Assembly (NCBI GenBank): GCA_964658305.1
Contig: OZ210885.1
Location: 14,012,001-14,076,000, forward strand
Direction: 5' to 3'
From: Leptogorgia sarmentosa
Lineage: Eukaryota
Length of the DNA stretch: 64,000 nucleotides
The translations under genes were made by a program, and so were the position numbers. The notes under the pieces were generated by a model. That model had not been told where the DNA came from. It worked only from the letters and a program-made list of their open reading frames with translations, and did no database searches. Positions 58,263 to 64,000 of this stretch are shown here, piece after piece; position 1 is the first letter of the stretch; every line of letters begins with the position of its first letter.

Positions 58263-61200
58263 CGTCTTTGTCGTGTCAGGTTCTTCACCCTTGCAGTAGA
58301 GGATCTATGCTCAGGAACACGGACCTGTAAGTCTGCACGCAAGGTTTACAACCAGCTGCAGTTCTTTTTGCAGAACCGCCTTCTTCTTTATTCTGTCTTC
58401 CCACTGTTTGGCCGGCCTACTTGGATAGGTGTCAAGGTAGCAGTTTGTCCATTCTTTTTCTTTTGGACTGCTTTTCTTGTTCTTCGGAACTCGATTGGTA
58501 GTCTTTCCTGCTGTTTGTTGCGCGGTTAGCACGCGACACAGCATAGGGCCGTCCATTACAGTGTTTTTATTGTTTTTATTAGGTAGTGGGTACTAGCTCT
58601 TCTTGTGTGTGACCTGTCGAGGAGTCTGTTTGGGGACAACTCAAAGGTTGGTGGTCTTTTAGGTTATTTTTTGCTTTCGGTGTTGCGGATTGAGGTCGGT
58701 GGGCCAACATATCCGTTCCCTGGCTCTTGTTCTTTCAAGGACCTTTCTTTCCACTTAGTTTTTTGATCCTTAGTGTGTGTGGGTCTTAATTTGTAGTACT
58801 TTTTAAGGCTCAATTTTTTGTCACTCGGGTTTTACCTGTTTTGGCAGTGTGTTAGGATCAATTTGGTTTAGTTAACGCTTAAATAGTAATTTATAATAGT
58901 ATGTCTGCCCCAGCTGTATTTAGTCAGGAGGACTTTGCGAAGTGGAACCAGACCATGTCTGTGTTTCTCTTGCCAAAGAAACTAGTTGGCAAATCCAAAG
59001 TCCCTCAGCTGCAGGGAAGAATTAGTTAAGGCCATTGGGGAGAAGCGTGTGTCTTGTGTTCAGGCCTTGCCTGGCATGAAATTTCGTGTTTGTTTTTCTT
59101 CTCCCTCCATTCGAAGTCAGTTTGACATCAACGGCCTTAACTTTCGGGTCCTTACCATCACGCCCTTCCCGGCCTATGAGGAGGTCAAATCCGAGTTTGT
59201 CGATCGTACGCCCCCTCAGATGATATTTATGACGCCTTGGCACCATATGGTCGTGTTATCTCGGTGAAGCACTTAACCATCAAGGGCTTCCCGTCTGTTA
59301 AATCTGGCACACATATGGTGCCAATAGTAATTTCGAAGGTCATCCCAGCTGAAATCCGCATGTTTGGATTTCAGCTGTCGTTTCGTTACCGTGGGCAGCC
59401 TCCAACTTGCTTTGCGTGCCAGGAGGTGGGGCACACTGCAAAGGACTGCTCAAAGTCTTCAAAACGACGTAACCCAGCCAAAAATAAAAATAATGCTGGT
59501 AAACCTAAGCCTACAGCGGCTAAGGCAAAGGAATGCAATAACCAGCCGGCTTTGTCCAGTAAAACTGCATCCTCCTCTTCTTCTCACACTGGAGATCTAC
59601 GTGAGAAGTTAGCTAAGAAGGCTACTACACCAGCAGTGCCGTCTGTTCAGGCTGTAGAGGGTAAAACCAGTAAATCTAAGCCTACAGTGGCTTCGGCCAA
59701 GAATGGCAATAACCAGCAAGCTTCCTCTTCTCGCAAGGGAGACCTTGAGAATAATAAAGAAAGCTAGAAGGACAGCTGTGCCGTCTGGTCAGGCTGGCAA
59801 GACTAATTCTACTGCATCTCAGGCTAAGGTGGTAAAGGATCTCTTAGTTTCGGCTGAGGAGAGCACCTACCTGCCAGGGATGTTCCTTTATCCTCCTCCT
59901 CCTTGAGTAGTGAGGATGAGGAAGTTATAGTGTGCAAGAGGGTATGCCAGTCCGCTCCTGCTCCTCCTCCGAGTCCAATGTTAGCGTGTGGTCGGAGTTC
60001 CCGAGCCCTCCTCAAACTGCCACTCCTGAGGGGATGGAGGCAGAGGCTGACGTTGACAAGTGTTTGAGTGGTGATACGGTAGTTGATCCTATCGTCGCTC
60101 ATGAATCTGCGCCTGCTCTTGCCTCTACTGAGCCAGTCGGATCCCCGGAGCGTATGGATGATGCTCCCGTGCATCCTCAGGCTGCTGTGGACGATGATAA
60201 TGCTGCTTTGCAGGACCCTCAGTCTGAGTCATCTGTGCCAGGACGCAACAGTCTGAGTCATCCCTTGATCTTTTCGAGGCACTGGCATCGATCCATGAAG
60301 CCTCACTGTCTGGTCTCAGCGATGATGTCAGCGAGGTTGGTGCATCTTCGACATGCACGATGTGCATGTGATCAGCTTCGTGCTGATCAACTCGAGGCGC
60401 TCCTTCTTGGTGAGCTGGCCACATCTGGGACATCAGATTCCGATGGCGAGTCTGTTGTCCATTAACATCAGTGGTCTTAACCACCGTATTAAACAAACCA
60501 CCCTGGTGGATTGGTTAAAGTGTATGAAGGTGGATGTAGCATGTTTGCAAGAAATGCATGCTCCGCATGAATCATTAGGAAGTGGTTTGCTAATTCTGGC
60601 TTTCGAGTTGTCTCGTCGTCAGTTTCAAATAAACGTTGTGGTACGGCTATTCTTATTAAAGATTGTCACAAGGTTAAACATGTGATTTGAGACGATGATG
60701 GGCGGTTTGTCCAAGTCTTGGTTGATTTTGGGGAAGATCAGCTAAGTTTCGTCTCACTATATGCCCCAAATAAGAATCTGTTGCCGTATCTGCCTCTCCA
60801 CTTCCTGTGGATAACGAACTTAGTCAAACCAATTTAAATAGTCAGCCACATTGTATTGCCAAATTCACGCCTCAGTATGGACCTCTACACTGGCCCCAAA
60901 CTTGGAGTCAGCTCCATCCATGTCCATTTGACCAGCTGGTGATCGAGCTGAACTGGCAAATAGCGCATGGCATTCTCTACACGGGCTCCAGCTTGGGAAC
61001 CTGCTTAAACATGCCCAACATGTGCAAGTGCATAACTCCCGAATGTGACCTGGCCCGTCTTTTGGTGGCATGGGTACATTAAAATTTATGGCAGATATGT
61101 CCTACTGCCGCACCATTTACCGTCACGGAACTCTTGTTCGGCTTCTCGTCCGAAAGGCGCCGCATCATGATTCCCATACCATACCATCTGGGTGGCTCGC

Positions 61201-61616
61201 TGTGATTTCTGTTTCCGTGGTAAGCTGCCAGTCACCTCCAATTACCAGGCGAAAGCCATCGTGAAAATCAAGTTTGTCCTTCGCCTCTTTCGTCGTCGGT
61301 GCAAGTCTCCTGCTCAAGTGCGATCTTATGAGAGGGATTGGCTCGGTGGAGCGTGTCTTCTCCTTTTAGGTTTTTTAATCCTTTTTTCTTCCTCTGCCGT
61401 TCCGTGAAGGGGGGTCGCCTTCGTTGGTTGTACTGCCCGGATCGGTTCGGTGAGGTTGTTCTCTTTTTAAATCCCTGTTGCTGCCTGTATCAGGTGAGCA
61501 TCGGTGCATGTACCATCCTAGTATGTGTTGTTTTTTATATAGAATTAAATGCACTAATCGAGGCATCGGAATAATAAATACTCTCAGGGTGCATTTAATG
61601 AGGAGGTAGGGATCGT
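58263..61616 (+). mobile_element. U1-targeting Tx1 element G: ORF1 degenerate, ORF2 internally deleted, last ~100 nt missing
   Basis: Collinear with D and E; EN breaks near 60778 and resumes in the C-terminal region; 3' UTR matches 33202-33450. Confidence 0.88.
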
Positions 61617-62820
61617 GATTATACGTCTGTGTTTGAGGCTGTCGTCATGATAGCCCCTGGTCGGTGCCGCGTGACCTTCAAGGGAGCTCGGAAGATGAAG
61701 GTAGCTGAACATACGAGTTTGACCGTCCAGGGCCTCCCTGTCGAATTCCGGCCGGTATCCAAATACACCTGGATCAATGTTACCCACTTGTCTTACGGAG
61801 TCCCGGATGAAGAAATCTCCAAGGTTCTAAGTGGCTTTGGCGAGATTCGCAAGATCTCATCCGAGGTGTATTCACACATCTACACTGGGGTCAGGCATGT
61901 GTTCATGGAAATTAAACAACTCATTCCTTTCCGCATGCAGATTGCTGGTCACTGGTGCTTTGTGCATCATTAGGGCCAGAAACGTCTTTGTTTCGGGTGT
62001 GGGCAGGAAGGCCATAATCGGTCGGCTTGTCCAGCTCTATCTCGGCCTGCTGTTGAGGGGTAAACGCAGGCTAGCCGTGAGACACCTAATAGTGCGGCAC
62101 AGCCCATTGTGGACCAAGAGATCGAGCAGGTACGGGAGACCATGGCCAATTTGTTGGACACGGTGCTCTCTGAGCCTGGCGAGAACTCTGCAAGTTTGGG
62201 CAGTGCCCTTTCTTTGGCTTTGCCTCTTGTTCCGTCAGGGGCTACTGAGACCCAAACATCAAGGGCAAGTGGTTCCCTGCCCCAAGAACGCCGCCTATTC
62301 CACCGCCTCATTGTAAGCGTCGTCGGGCATCTAAGTCAGCGGAAAAGGACCGTTCGCGTTCTCCCCTCCGCAAAAACTCTCATCTGGAGAGTGAAGAGCC
62401 ATCTTCGTGTGAAGAGCCCTATTATACCGTGCAATCAGAGGTTGACCATTCCAACCCGGATATCGAGCTCCCATCTGAAGAGAGACTATTGCCAGAGAAT
62501 ATCCCCCTGCCGGAAGATGAGGGACCAAGTATCCCTTCTCTAATGGTTGGCATTCCTTCTATTGAGGGAATGTTAGATATCGATTTAAATGTTGATGGCT
62601 CACTTTCAGACATGGCTAATGAATTATCTGACTCCCTCTTAACTTCTTTCGCCCGGGATGGTGCTAGCTCTTCTGCTGCAGCTAGCCCCTCGAATATTTT
62701 TAGACCAGAAGCAACTCAGGCTTCTAAAGAAAATCTTGCTCTCCGTCGCTTTTTTGCAAATGATGGTGTCACTTCTGACGATGGGTCGGAAGGTAGCTTT
62801 TGAGTCTCCCTTGTTTATAT

Positions 62821-62861
<41 letters not shown>

Positions 62862-64000
62862 GTAATATGATTTATATAGTACATCTTTCACACACTCATT
62901 ATGGCTAAACAAGAAGTAACCATAATAACCTTAAATGTTCAAGGGTTATGCAACGCACGTAATCGCAAAACTCTTTTTTCCTGGCTGAATTGTGCCAAGC
63001 CTGATAATGTTGCCACACTCCTAAAGAGGAGTTTCACTCTTGGCTACAAACAGAGAACCGAGAGCAAAATAACTTACAACGGTATCTTGTAGAATCTTCC
63101 CCGGGTACTACTCGTAGTGCTGGGGTTGCCATATTATATAAGCCTTGTTATAAAGTGGAAAGCATTGCCAGTGACACAAGTGGTCGGGTCATTGTTATCT
63201 GCTTTAAACATCTTGACCTCGAATCTGTCATTCACATTGTCAACATTTATGGACCGAACCAGAAGCAACAGGGTGACGAATTTTTCGGGTCCCTTCATCA
63301 GCACATAGATCCTTCGTTTTCCACCATCTTGTGTGGTGACTTTAATGTTGTAGCTGATTCCCATGTGGATAGATTCGGATGTAATGCCGATTCTCCATGG
63401 GCGTATAACTGGCCTAGTTCTCTGTCTTCACTAACCCATTCGTAGATAGTTGGTGTTTAATGCACCCAGATCAGCGGGGTTGCATGTGGCGTCGTGCCAA
63501 TGACTCCCAGGTGTCCGGGCTCGATATGTTTTGGGTTTCTTCCTTGTTGCAGGAACATGTATCCGAAGTGTCCATTCTTCCATTTTTTCGATCGTTTTCT
63601 TCCGTGTGGCCCTTCCCGCTTTACCACAACGTGGTCCCGGAGTGTGGAAACTGAATGCCTCCTTGTTACACGACGAGACCCTGTGTGCAGAGGTTCGTTT
63701 TGGGCTTTGTGGCAGTTGGACAAATCCACTTTTCCCTCCTTAGCAGTATGGTGGGATGCGGGCAAGGCCCGGCTAAAACAGCTAATGCGGAAGTTTTCTC
63801 GGGGTACAGCCCGGAGTAGGCGTTCACAGGTTCATGATCTAGAAGCTCATTTAGCACAACTGTACCATTGTGAAGTGCTGGGTGACTATAACAACTTGCA
63901 GCGGTATCTTGTGGATTCTTCTCCGGGCCGGGCTGTATAACATTACTATACAAACCCTGCTTTAGGATGGAGCACGTTGACAGAGACGCAGATGGACGTG
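61617..64000 (+). mobile_element. Degenerate Tx1 element H (ORF1 remnant, (AAT)n at ~62824-62860, EN from 62901)
   Basis: WINVTHLSYGVP, CFGCGQEGHNRSACP, ITLNVQG, NIYGPN, GDFN..WAYNWP. Confidence 0.82.
63719..64000 (+). repeat. Identical copy of window positions 1-282
   Basis: Base-for-base match, including the chimeric EN/EN junction. Confidence 0.95.

Overview
Eukaryotic, invertebrate-like DNA with no host protein-coding gene. The scaffold is a tandem U1-U2 snRNA gene array (reconstructed unit ~1.5 kb: U1, ~700 bp spacer, U2, ~450 bp spacer). It has been colonised by several Tx1-clade (L1 group) non-LTR retrotransposon families inserted at fixed sites inside the snRNA genes. U2-targeting families sit at U2 nt ~22-27 with a TAAGA duplication; a U1-targeting family has U1 nt 3-17 duplicated. 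Only one U1 (7251-7414) is intact and no U2 is. Secondary insertions include a hAT transposon with 8-bp TSD, two nested BEL/Pao LTR elements, a fold-back TA-flanked MITE, CR1/L2-group LINEs and a NeSL/Utopia-like RLE element. The most striking observation is in the Tx1 3' UTRs, which carry covarying RNA structures resembling snRNP parts: AUUGCAC (U1A/U2B''/SNF-type) loops at the extreme 3' end, an Sm-site-like AAUUUU(U)G before a hairpin, a tandem-GA hairpin, and a 23-nt motif shared by U1- and U2-targeting families. The U1-targeting element's 5' end is complementary to the U1 sequence it fuses to. The first 282 bp of the window recur identically at 63719-64000, suggesting the whole assemblage is a ~63.7 kb tandem unit. 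All structures and alignments were read by eye, not computed.
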